In this document: positions 23,411 to 32,000 of the stretch, piece by piece
Layout of the letters: every line of letters starts with the position of its first letter
Numbering within the stretch: position 1 is the first letter of the stretch
From: Candidatus Poribacteria bacterium
Lineage (GTDB): Bacteria > Poribacteria > WGA-4E > WGA-3G
NCBI GenBank assembly: GCA_964291315.2
Contig: OZ219753.1
Location: 1,462,768-1,494,767, forward strand
Length of the DNA stretch: 32,000 nt
Direction: 5' to 3'
Notes under the pieces: model-generated
Databases searched by the model: none
Told to the model about the DNA's origin: nothing
The model's input: only the letters and a program-made list of their open reading frames with translations
Made by a program: the position numbers and the translations under genes

Positions 23411-25867
23411 TTAGAAGCCGGGGCCAACGGTGAAGTGGAACTTACCGGCTGGTTCGCCTGTAATCCGATCTAAACCGTAACCCCAGCCGAGGCGAACTAG
23501 CATGCCTAGCGCAGTGAGACGTGCTTCAACACCGAGTCCGCGTTTCATGTTGATCTGCCTGAAAATGTTGCTTGTGTTTTCATCCCAGACTTGTCCTATA
23601 TCGAAAAACAGGGCAGCAGTGAGTTGCTGAGAAATAGGAACGCGGTATTCAAGGTTAGCAAAGAATAGTTTATCGCCGCCATAGGGATTAACAACGCCAT
23701 CCTTATTTGGATCGGGGTAAATTTCCCAGTCTTCGTAACCCCGGATAGAGTCCACGCCGCCGAGGAAGAAACGTTCGTAAAATAGAAAATAGGAATCGCT
23801 GCTTTTACTCCGCATGAGACCAGCCCGTCCGTGCAGGGCGACAACATGATTCCACCAAGGGTTGTAGAACCAGCTCGTATCCGCGTAGTATTTCTGAAAT
23901 TGATTGTCCGCCCCTAAAATACCCCCTGAGTACTCGTAAGAGACTGTATTGAGCGATCCCCCAGCTGGATCGAATAGCGAAGTTCGGTAGTCCCGGGTGT
24001 CCCTTCCTAAAGTGAAGCGGATACTTCGCGTGGAGCGACTATATTGTTCAAACTCTTCGTTATTTAGTTTCTGGGTGCTTGTTTCAACGTATTCGTTACG
24101 GAAGCTCACTGAAGCGTCAATATCTTGTCCAATCGGATGTCCGAGCGTCAAAGAAGCACCTCGCCGGCTCCACATATAGCGATCGTAGTTGTAAGGACCA
24201 TAGAGACTGCTACTGCGAAGCGCGGAACCTACCGTTCCATAGTAGCGGCGGAAACGGCGGTTGTCATAAAGGCGGGCGTTCAAGCGAGTGGGGGTACCCA
24301 AAATCCATGGCGTCCCGAAACTCACCTCGGCGGTATGATGATCCCGTGTCCCTAATTCGCCCTTCAGATGGACACGATAGGCACGCCCGCGGAAGTTATT
24401 TTGCCCTACTTCTGCAACACCGAAGATGCCGCCTTCACTCCCGTAGCCACCACCAAGGGTTACCATTCCTGTCCGGGGGGATTCAGCGATGTTTACTCTT
24501 AATTCTTGTCGGTTCTCATCCTCAGTGGGGCTTGGCACAAAATCGACAGCGCGGATGAAGGAACCCATCTGGAATAAGCGTTGCCGCGCTTTACGCAGCG
24601 ATTTGACATCTAATAATTCATCGGATTTAATGCCCAACCAATCCAATTCGCGTCTGACAACGTACTCCTTCGTTTTTTCTAGACCTGTAATGACGACGTT
24701 ACCAATGATTGTGACATCACCCTCGTTGATTTTCAAGGTGATGTTAACCACCCCGTTTGATTCATCAAAGAAAGGTGTAGGCAGGATTTCTGAGAGGAGG
24801 TAACCCTTATCAAAATAAGCCTGCTGTAATTTTCCGATCGACTCGTCAAACGTGGCTCGATTAAAAATTTCACCTTCTGCAGGATCGAGCATGCCGCGTA
24901 TTTTCTTTTTCGAGAAGAGCGTTTTTGCACCTGCCTCCAATTCAAGTGTGTACGTTCCAACAATAAATTCGGGGCCTTCGTCAACACTAATATCAAGCAT
25001 CAACCCTGTTTTGTCTTCAGTAAATCGCTTTTCATAACCGAGGATTTTTACCTGCGCAAAGCCTAGGTCTTGGTAGTAATTGCGAAGGTTCAGCGGTAAG
25101 TCTTCTTCTTCAAATAGCATCTGATCGAACGGTTTACCAATCCGAGTTCTGAGTTTCTTTTGGAGCTTATTACCGGCGACCCGTTCATTTCCGACAAAGT
25201 TGATCTCCTGGATTCGGACTCTTGGGCCCTCGTTTATTTCAAACGTCACTTGAACGGTATTTTCATCAGGATCTAGGTCCCCCAGATGTGTTTGGATACC
25301 CACGAGGTAATACCCTTTTTCATGATAAAACTTCTGTAATGCGCGCTCGCTTCCCCATCGATGCCGATCGCTATAAATCTCGGAGGGACGCAGTGTCACT
25401 TCATCTTTGAGTTTGCCGACGCTCACGTTTTCATTTCCGATGATGTTGATTCCTGATATCTTTGGATTCTCAACGACTTTATAAACGATTTCGAGCCCGC
25501 CTGCTCCAGAAGGTCTAACATCTATGTCAACTTCAGAGAAGAAGCCTGTATCTTTGTAAAGACTCTTTAGGTCCTCAGTGAGCAGTTCTTCGGAGACTTC
25601 ATAACCGATCTGGGTCTGAATGAGGGTGCGGAGCATATCTTCAGAAGTCGTTTTCACGCCCTCAAACGAGATTTTCTGCACAAGAAGCATGGAATCGACA
25701 AGTGGCTTGGTTACGGCTGCTGGCGCGGCGGATTCTGTAGATTGTTTTACAGTGGCGGCAGATTCGGGACCAAGCACTGAGGTTCCCTGTTCTTCTGCAA
25801 CTACGGAGAGTGCTGCTATGCCGATGATTATATTTATCAGAACAAGAGTGTTTTTTAGCGCATCCAT
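23411..25867 (-). CDS. bamA: outer membrane protein assembly factor BamA
   Basis: Signal peptide, repeated POTRA-like modules (I.F.G....L), and a C-terminal Omp85 barrel ending ...GKFHFTVGPGF. Confidence 0.92.
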   Translation of the reverse strand: MDALKNTLVLINIIIGIAALSVVAEEQGTSVLGPESAATVKQSTESAAPAAVTKPLVDSMLLVQKISFEGVKTTSEDMLRTLIQTQIGYEVSEELLTEDLKSLYKDTGFFSEVDIDVRPSGAGGLEIVYKVVENPKISGINIIGNENVSVGKLKDEVTLRPSEIYSDRHRWGSERALQKFYHEKGYYLVGIQTHLGDLDPDENTVQVTFEINEGPRVRIQEINFVGNERVAGNKLQKKLRTRIGKPFDQMLFEEEDLPLNLRNYYQDLGFAQVKILGYEKRFTEDKTGLMLDISVDEGPEFIVGTYTLELEAGAKTLFSKKKIRGMLDPAEGEIFNRATFDESIGKLQQAYFDKGYLLSEILPTPFFDESNGVVNITLKINEGDVTIIGNVVITGLEKTKEYVVRRELDWLGIKSDELLDVKSLRKARQRLFQMGSFIRAVDFVPSPTEDENRQELRVNIAESPRTGMVTLGGGYGSEGGIFGVAEVGQNNFRGRAYRVHLKGELGTRDHHTAEVSFGTPWILGTPTRLNARLYDNRRFRRYYGTVGSALRSSSLYGPYNYDRYMWSRRGASLTLGHPIGQDIDASVSFRNEYVETSTQKLNNEEFEQYSRSTRSIRFTLGRDTRDYRTSLFDPAGGSLNTVSYEYSGGILGADNQFQKYYADTSWFYNPWWNHVVALHGRAGLMRSKSSDSYFLFYERFFLGGVDSIRGYEDWEIYPDPNKDGVVNPYGGDKLFFANLEYRVPISQQLTAALFFDIGQVWDENTSNIFRQINMKRGLGVEARLTALGMLVRLGWGYGLDRITGEPAGKFHFTVGPGF

Positions 25868-25963
25868 AAAATTAAATGTCCTCCTGTATTGCTGTGGTTT
25901 CTAGGGTACCTATAGAATTTTGAAGTTGAGTGGGTGTTGTAAAATTTCTTCAAAAGGCCGGCC

Positions 25964-26845
25964 TCATCCCTCAGTAGGGTAGATCAGAGTTCCGTAGTTA
26001 TTCGCGAATTGTCTGAAAGCATCTGTGAGTTTCCGCGTTATTTTTCCGGGATGTCCGTCTCCGATAGAACGTTGGTCTATTTTCACAACAGGTATCACCT
26101 CAGCAGCGGTGCCGGTCAGAAAGCATTCGTCAGCAATATAGAGATCGTGTCGTGTAAAGACCCGCTCTTCTACTTGCATCCCGGCTTCACGTGCAAGATC
26201 AATGACGCTGTTGCGGGTAACGCCCTCCAAAATGCCCATATGGACCGGCGGAGTGACCAATATTTCATTCTTTATCCAGAAGATATTATCCCCGCTACAT
26301 TCTACAACGTAGCCTTCAGCATTCAACATCAATACCTCTTCTGCTCCTGCTTGTTTCCCTTCAATTTTCGCCAAGATATTATTCAGATAATTCAAGGACT
26401 TAATACGCGGATTGATAGCTTCTGCATAATTTCGGCGCACCGAGGCCGTTACGATCTCCAAGCCTTCTTCATAGAACTTTGGCGGATATAGCGAGATTTT
26501 ATCTGCAATAATAATAATAGTCGGCTTTGGGCATTTATCTGGATCCAGACCCAGGTCTCCTACGCCGCGGGTCACTACTAGCCGAATGTAAGCTTCCCTC
26601 AGTTGGTTTAGACGGAGCGTCTCGAGTACCTTTTCCTTCATAGTTTCAATCGGAATAGGGATTTGTAGCATAATCGCCTTAGCAGAATCGTAAAGTCGCT
26701 CAAGATGTTCGTCAAGTTTAAACACTCTACCACTATAGGAACGGATACCTTCAAAAACGCCATCGCCGTAGAGCAAACCGTGGTCAAAGACCGAGACCTT
26801 CGCTTCTGTTTGTGATAGAAATTCTCCGTCGATATAAATCAACAT
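25964..26845 (-). CDS. ilvE: branched-chain amino acid aminotransferase (class IV fold)
   Basis: VSVFDHGLLYGDGVFEGIRSY, LDEHLERLYDSAK and AYIRLVVTRG are present. The start was set at the ATG at 26845 (MLIYIDGEF). Confidence 0.85.
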   Translation of the reverse strand: MLIYIDGEFLSQTEAKVSVFDHGLLYGDGVFEGIRSYSGRVFKLDEHLERLYDSAKAIMLQIPIPIETMKEKVLETLRLNQLREAYIRLVVTRGVGDLGLDPDKCPKPTIIIIADKISLYPPKFYEEGLEIVTASVRRNYAEAINPRIKSLNYLNNILAKIEGKQAGAEEVLMLNAEGYVVECSGDNIFWIKNEILVTPPVHMGILEGVTRNSVIDLAREAGMQVEERVFTRHDLYIADECFLTGTAAEVIPVVKIDQRSIGDGHPGKITRKLTDAFRQFANNYGTLIYPTEG

Positions 26846-26862
26846 ATACGCTTCCTTTTCGT

Positions 26863-26998
26863 AGTTGTCAGTTGTCGGTTGCCGATCCAGAAATTTCTCT
26901 GAACGATTCACCTTTTTTTAGGATTATAGACAGAACACGTACTCTGAAATCCTTGCTTAACTGACAATTAATAACTGAAAACCGTTCTTCTGACAACT
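26863..26998. repeat. AGTTRTC-type heptamer motifs in inverted arrangement in the lolD-ilvE intergenic region
   Basis: AGTTGTCAGTTGTCGG (26863-26878) faces CTGACAACT (26990-26998), CTGACAATT (26961-26969) and ATAACTG (26971-26977). The same motif family clusters at 1724-1955. Confidence 0.5.
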
Positions 26999-27017
26999 AA
27001 AACCTAATAGCTACTAA

Positions 27018-27719
27018 CTATAAAACGACCTTTCCATCAACGAGTTGGACAACCCTGTCCACTTGCTGGGCAAGCGCATGATTGTGCGTTACGATAACAA
27101 ATGCCTGCCCAGATTTGGCGTTCAAATCCCACAGAAGTTCGAGAACTGTCTCGCTGCTCTGCCGATCAAGGTTGCCTGTCGGTTCATCAGCGAGTACAAT
27201 GCTCGGTTGATTAATCAGGGCGCGCGCAATGGCGACACGTTGTCTTTCTCCACCCGATAATTGGCTTGGATAGTGCGATCGTCTTTCAGCAAGCCCGACG
27301 AATTCTAGCAACGCCTCGGCTTCTTTATAAACCGTTTTATGATTCGGTGTTGTGATTAGGGCACCCATCGCAACGTTTTCAACTGCTGTAAATTCTGGCA
27401 ATAGATGATGAAATTGAAACACAAAACCGATTTCTTTGTTCCGAAACCCGGCAAGCTCCTTATCAGGCAAGGCGAAAACATCGGTTTCTCGATATAAAAC
27501 ACTGCCCTCCGTTGGTCGGTCAAGTGTCCCAATGATGTGGAGTAAGGTGCTTTTGCCAACGCCAGATGCCCCTACAACTGCAAGTAACTCTGATTTGTAT
27601 ATATCAAGATCTATGCCTTGAAGAACTCTAAGTTCTACCTGACCATCGTAATACGACTTGTGTAAGTCTACAAGACTGATGAGGGTTTCCGCCGAATTCT
27701 TCAAATTTTCTTTTTTCAA
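27018..27719 (-). CDS. lolD: ABC transporter ATP-binding protein, LolD-like
   Basis: Walker A is GASGVGKST, the signature is LSGGERQR and Walker B is IVLADEPTG. The TTG start directly abuts the stop codon of the upstream permease gene. Confidence 0.85.
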   Translation of the reverse strand: MKKENLKNSAETLISLVDLHKSYYDGQVELRVLQGIDLDIYKSELLAVVGASGVGKSTLLHIIGTLDRPTEGSVLYRETDVFALPDKELAGFRNKEIGFVFQFHHLLPEFTAVENVAMGALITTPNHKTVYKEAEALLEFVGLAERRSHYPSQLSGGERQRVAIARALINQPSIVLADEPTGNLDRQSSETVLELLWDLNAKSGQAFVIVTHNHALAQQVDRVVQLVDGKVVL

Positions 27720-29180
27720 TTATTCATGTTGTAATGCTTCTATGGGCTTCAGATTTGCTGCTTGCCATGCAGGATAGAGCGTTGCAAGCCAGCAAATTAA
27801 GAGCGAAAGCACATTGATAAAGATAACAAAGAACCAATTCACCTTTACCGGCATTTGATTCATCTGGTAGATATGACTGAGACCGAGTTCTTCGAACGAA
27901 ATCGGCCTAACGGTGGAGTAGAGGGCAAAACCTATTCCGATCACCCATAAAACCCCCGCCGCGAGCTTCCACCCACTTCTACTCGGCAGAGCGCGCCACA
28001 CTGCGATAACTACTTGTAAAGCGATCGGCACACCAAGAACGAGGACGTACCAGTAAGAGGGGCGCCCTCCGCTAGAGCTCAGCAGCCAACAGAAAATCAG
28101 TCCCAAGGCGGTTCCCAGCATCGTGCCAAGTGTCCCAATTATGCCCCCTTGAATCATGAAAATTCTCATGATATTGCCACGAGAGGTCCCAAGCGTTCGC
28201 AGAGTACCGATGTCCTTCGTCTTTTCCATCACAGTCATAATCAGTGTGCTTGCGATATTGAAGGAAGCCACTAAAATGATTAGCGCCTCGATGATAACAG
28301 TTGCCATTTTTTCCAATCGAAGCGCTGAGAAAAGTGGGGCTTGTAATTCCATCCATGTTCTTGCGTCCGGCATACCTTCCAAGACTGTAAATCGAACACT
28401 ATCTTCAATCTTTCTAGCGACCTGGGGTGCTAATTCCGCATCACGCAATCGGACAAAGATCGTATTGATCAGGTCCGCTTTATTGTACAGCTTTTGGGCA
28501 TCGTTTATATGAATAAATCCAAAATTGTTATCATAAACTGCCATTTCTGACTCATAGAACCCGATCACAACAAAATTTGCTAAGTCCGGCACCAGCATTG
28601 ATTCGTTCACAGGGTGCTTCACAAGCTTAACCACAAGTCGGAGGACATCGCCTTTAATAATACCGAGGCGGGCTGCCAAACGCCCACCGAGAATAATACC
28701 GCCGGTGATTGTTTCGTCTCTGATGAACTGAGCTTTTTCAATAAACTCCGAATTTTGGAAATCAGTGGATCCGGACACCAACTTTGAGAAACCTGTAACT
28801 CTGTTTTCCTGAACTGGATCAATACCTTTAATGTAGATGACATCTTGGATCGTATCGCTATGTTCCGGAAAAACACCGATTTGTGACAAGATAACCGGGG
28901 CCGTGGCTACGACTTCGTCAATTGCCTGAATTTGCGTTATCCGTTTCTGATAATCGCCGAAGAAACTCTGATCGTGTAAACGAAAAACGACATGCGCCTC
29001 ATTTGCGAGAAATCGGTCTCTCAACCCGTGTTCAACGCCGTCTAATACAGCGATGACGAGAATCACCGTTGCGACACCGAGGGCAACACCTCCAATAGAT
29101 ATGATGCTGATGATTGAGATAAAGGACTGTTTTCGACGCGAGCGCAGATAGCGGGCAGCTACGAACCATTCAAATCTCAT
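27720..29180 (-). CDS. LolC/LolE-family (FtsX-type) lipoprotein-releasing ABC permease with an extra hydrophobic insertion
   Basis: MRFEWFVAARYLRSRRKQSFIS..., a large periplasmic domain, and an FtsX C-terminus ending ...LYPAWQAANLKPIEALQHE. A ~59-aa insertion lies between the last two canonical TM helices. Confidence 0.8.
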   Translation of the reverse strand: MRFEWFVAARYLRSRRKQSFISIISIISIGGVALGVATVILVIAVLDGVEHGLRDRFLANEAHVVFRLHDQSFFGDYQKRITQIQAIDEVVATAPVILSQIGVFPEHSDTIQDVIYIKGIDPVQENRVTGFSKLVSGSTDFQNSEFIEKAQFIRDETITGGIILGGRLAARLGIIKGDVLRLVVKLVKHPVNESMLVPDLANFVVIGFYESEMAVYDNNFGFIHINDAQKLYNKADLINTIFVRLRDAELAPQVARKIEDSVRFTVLEGMPDARTWMELQAPLFSALRLEKMATVIIEALIILVASFNIASTLIMTVMEKTKDIGTLRTLGTSRGNIMRIFMIQGGIIGTLGTMLGTALGLIFCWLLSSSGGRPSYWYVLVLGVPIALQVVIAVWRALPSRSGWKLAAGVLWVIGIGFALYSTVRPISFEELGLSHIYQMNQMPVKVNWFFVIFINVLSLLICWLATLYPAWQAANLKPIEALQHE

Positions 29181-29257
29181 GCTTTAAACTATTGCTCCTG
29201 ATCTGCGGGATCCTAGGGCCTTGCGCTTTCGCAATTTTTCAGAAATCGTTGATAACC

Positions 29258-29824
29258 TCACAATCTTTTCACAACTTCAGCCTCAAAGTCTGCTTTTAAG
29301 ATTCCATATCCTATTAAGTCCTCAAAGTTATCCCATTTTTTAAGGTGTTGTCGACGACACCCTTCATAGTGCATTCCAATCTTCTCAAGCACTCGCCCCG
29401 ATGCAGGATTTCGTTTGAAGTAGTCAGCATAAATTCGATTCAATTTCAGCGATTCAAAGCCATACGCAATGACTGCGCGGGCTGCTTCAGTGGCGTAACC
29501 ACAGTTCCAGTACGGTTTCCCTATCCAATAGCCGATTTCACCTCTTTCATTCTGTAGGTCGAGCCTGATCCCTATAGCGCCAATTAAATTTCTATCTGTA
29601 TTAATAAGTGTGATTGCAAAGTTTAGTGCTTCGTCTTTTTCATAATCGTTGTAACAGGAACGAATCCACTCCTCTGCCATACCGTCTTCGTATGGGTGTG
29701 GTATAGCACATACTGTTGATGCTACGTCGTATTCACCCACAAGGCGTTGCACGACGGCTGCATCTTCAAGTGTAAACGATCGGAGTAGCAATCTTTCTGT
29801 GAGAAGGGGCGGTGCAGTCCTCAT
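29258..29824 (-). CDS. GNAT family N-acetyltransferase (RimJ/RimL-like)
   Basis: TERLLLRSFTLEDA..., IGYWIGKPYWNCGYATEA and ENPASGRVLEKIGM are present. The start was set at the ATG at 29824. Confidence 0.8.
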   Translation of the reverse strand: MRTAPPLLTERLLLRSFTLEDAAVVQRLVGEYDVASTVCAIPHPYEDGMAEEWIRSCYNDYEKDEALNFAITLINTDRNLIGAIGIRLDLQNERGEIGYWIGKPYWNCGYATEAARAVIAYGFESLKLNRIYADYFKRNPASGRVLEKIGMHYEGCRRQHLKKWDNFEDLIGYGILKADFEAEVVKRL

Positions 29825-29953
29825 TTGTCTGTGAACTCCCAATTTAACAGACCGGCCGGGCGAATCAAAAATTCCGTTCATTCCCAGCACGATGCCAAAA
29901 TTGTCCTGTCTTTCTTCTACAAACGCCTCCGTATAGAGCCGGCGGTTGACATC

Positions 29954-31444
29954 TTAGCTCTCCGGACGCATTTGTGGAAACAGGATAACATCTCTAATAG
30001 CGTATTGGTTCGTTAGTAGCATAGTCAATCGGTCGATGCCGATACCGAGGCCTCCTGTTGGGGGCATCCCATATTCCAGGGCGCGTAGATAATCCTCGTC
30101 TACCATGAAGGCTTCACTATCCCCCGCCTCTAGATTATCCGCCTGTTCAAGAAAACGTTGACGTTGATCGATCGGATCGTTGAGTTCGCTAAAAGCGTTG
30201 CCAATCTCCATTCCACAGACAAAGATTTCAAAACGTTCAACAAAATCGGGGGCTTCAGGTCTCTTTTTTGCAAAGGGGGATATCTCGATAGGGTGATCTG
30301 TTATAAATGTTGGCTGAATCAGTTTTGATTCGACAAATGTATCAAAGAGTTCAGCAATAATCTTGCCCTTTGTTTCGTCGCCTGCCAATCCAACCCCGGC
30401 GTTGACTGCTTCTTTGTACAATTCATCTCCTGACAGTGGCATTGGGTCAATACCGCTGTGCTCTCGAACAGAATCCACCATACTCACGCGCCGCCAAGGC
30501 GGTGTGAAATCCAGATCCTGTTTTTGATAGTGAATTTTGGTGGTGCCGTGAATTGCTTTTACTGTTTCCGCGATCAGTGTTTCTGTTAGTTCCATTATCT
30601 GGTGATAGTCAGCATACGCTTGATAAAGTTCAAGCATCGTAAATTCAGGATTATGGTCCCGATCCATGCCTTCGTTTCGGAAATCGCGCGAAAATTCATA
30701 AACACGTTCAAACCCTCCGACGATCAGACGCTTAAGATACAACTCATTTGCGATCCGTAAGTAAAGCGATTGTTCTAGGGTATTATGATATGTTGTGAAC
30801 GGACGCGCATTTGCCCCACCGTAGATTGGTTGGAGCACAGGCGTTTCTACTTCGATAAAGTCTTGGGTATTGAGCATGTCCCGAAGGGCTTGGACGATTC
30901 GCGTTCTTTTTAGAAAAACGTCTTTTACCTCAGGATTCATGATGAGATCTGCATAACGTTGTCTGTAGCGTGTCTGTTTATCTTGTAGGCCGTGCCATTT
31001 TTCTGGGAGCGGCCGAATAGATTTAGAGAGAAGTTTTATGCAGTCAACAAGAATAGTGAGTTCACCAGTCCGCGTTCGAAAAACTGTTCCCTCAGCACCA
31101 ATAATGTCACCACTATCAAAGCGCCGGTAAATTTTGTATGATTCCGAACCAACTTTGTCGCGGCGAATGTAAATCTGGATCCTGCCTGCACCATCTTGAA
31201 CATGAGCGAAACTGCTTTTTCCGTGATCCCGTTTTGTCATAATCCTGCCTGCCACTCGGACTTTCTGTGTCTCATCCGGTGCCTCTTGGACATCCGCAAA
31301 ATCTCTCTGAATTGTGACAGTTGTGTGTGTGGGTTCGTACCTATGTGGATACGGGTCTACTCCGAATTCTCGAATCTCGTTGAGTTTCTCACGACGTTGC
31401 TGCATTAAGCCCTTTGTGTCTTCCACGATTTCCCTTCTTTTCAT
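29954..31444 (-). CDS. lysS: lysine--tRNA ligase (class II)
   Basis: Full-length LysS pattern: an OB anticodon-binding domain (VRVAGRIMTKRDHGKSSFAHVQD) and class II motifs (FRNEG..., GLGIGIDRLTMLL). Confidence 0.97.
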   Translation of the reverse strand: MKRREIVEDTKGLMQQRREKLNEIREFGVDPYPHRYEPTHTTVTIQRDFADVQEAPDETQKVRVAGRIMTKRDHGKSSFAHVQDGAGRIQIYIRRDKVGSESYKIYRRFDSGDIIGAEGTVFRTRTGELTILVDCIKLLSKSIRPLPEKWHGLQDKQTRYRQRYADLIMNPEVKDVFLKRTRIVQALRDMLNTQDFIEVETPVLQPIYGGANARPFTTYHNTLEQSLYLRIANELYLKRLIVGGFERVYEFSRDFRNEGMDRDHNPEFTMLELYQAYADYHQIMELTETLIAETVKAIHGTTKIHYQKQDLDFTPPWRRVSMVDSVREHSGIDPMPLSGDELYKEAVNAGVGLAGDETKGKIIAELFDTFVESKLIQPTFITDHPIEISPFAKKRPEAPDFVERFEIFVCGMEIGNAFSELNDPIDQRQRFLEQADNLEAGDSEAFMVDEDYLRALEYGMPPTGGLGIGIDRLTMLLTNQYAIRDVILFPQMRPES

Positions 31445-31482
31445 AGTTTATTAGACGCAGTTGCCCAAATAACGTTTTTAAT

Positions 31483-31511
31483 AATTATACCGAAGTTTTA
31501 TCCGTAAAGCA
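31483..31511 (-). promoter_or_regulatory. candidate sigma70-type promoter upstream of lysS
   Basis: The minus strand reads TTGCTT (31506-31511), a 17-nt spacer, then TATAAT (31483-31488). This is about 39 nt upstream of the lysS ATG. Confidence 0.4.
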
Positions 31512-31611
31512 ACCTAAAATAGTAGGAGTTTAGTTCTTCAGCAGGAAAACTCTGCCCCCGCGCCTTTCCATTTAAAGCCGCATAGAAAGCTTGATGAACC
31601 CCTTTCATATG

Positions 31612-32000
31612 TTATTTCGGTTGTGCTTTCATTTTCAAATAGGCTTCAATGAATGGATCTAACGCTCCATCTAATACCGCATTAACATTCCCGGTTTCGA
31701 CGTTTGTGCGCAGGTCTTTGACACGCTGATAAGGATGGAGTACGTAAGAGCGGATCTGACTCCCGAAGTCGATGTCGAGGCGTTCGCTTCGCTGTTTTGA
31801 AATTTCTGCTTCGAGTTCTGTCCGATATTTCTCATGGAGACGGGAACGGAGGAGTTTCATTGCGATTTCCCGATTCTTGTGCTGCGAACGTTCGTTCTGG
31901 CACTGCACAATAATTCCCGTGGGCTTGTGTGTAATCCGAACGGCTGAATCTGTGACATTGACATGTTGACCCCCGGCACCACTTGCCCGATAAAAGTCTA
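31612..32000 (-). CDS. prfB: peptide chain release factor 2, C-terminal part (5' end outside the window)
   Basis: The frame is open to the window edge and reads ...[39 protein letters not shown]...[17 protein letters not shown] (GGQ motif plus RF2-type tail). This is the classic prfB-lysS order. Confidence 0.93.
   Translation of the reverse strand, partial: DFYRASGAGGQHVNVTDSAVRITHKPTGIIVQCQNERSQHKNREIAMKLLRSRLHEKYRTELEAEISKQRSERLDIDFGSQIRSYVLHPYQRVKDLRTNVETGNVNAVLDGALDPFIEAYLKMKAQPK

Noticed and set aside
31909-32000. Possibility of seeing the programmed +1 frameshift site of prfB.
   Set aside because: Only the C-terminal ~130 codons of prfB are in the window. The frameshift site lies near the 5' end, outside the sequence.

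Overview
All family assignments come from reading motifs in the supplied translations and the DNA. No database or HMM search was run.

The window looks like a chromosomal segment of a diderm bacterium, because bamA, skp, lpxD and lolCDE-type genes are present. Almost all genes are on the minus strand.

- **Left end (1-5.3 kb):** a beta/gamma-crystallin plus ConA-like protein, followed by an overlapping LamG-like tail in another frame. A sugar-phosphate isomerase and a Gfo/Idh/MocA oxidoreductase are split by a Uma2-family endonuclease gene that carries a 42-bp in-frame tandem repeat.
- **Accessory island (5.3-12.8 kb):** this is the clearly accessory part. It is a type III-like restriction-modification locus transcribed res -> mod. 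The mod gene is present twice as a mosaic duplication, with near-identical flanks and an unrelated central cassette.
- **Module at the duplication junction:** a two-gene module sits exactly at the junction. It consists of a minimal nucleotidyltransferase and an overlapping 73-aa helical ORF. It fits no toxin-antitoxin or defence family I recognise, and it is my best candidate for an undescribed system.
- **Upstream of res:** a small HTH-like ORF.
- **Right part (12.8-32 kb):** mostly housekeeping genes: gluconolactonase-like, SAM methyltransferase, tandem PurS-like, PIG-L deacetylase, a mini di-haem cytochrome c, prmA, dnaJ, grpE, lpxD, skp, bamA, ilvE, lolD, lolC/E, GNAT, lysS and partial prfB.
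- **Notable exception in the right part:** an adjacent GGGPS-family and UbiA/DGGGPS-like gene pair, which is archaeal-type ether-lipid chemistry.

No rRNA, tRNA, CRISPR array, transposase or integrase was recognised.
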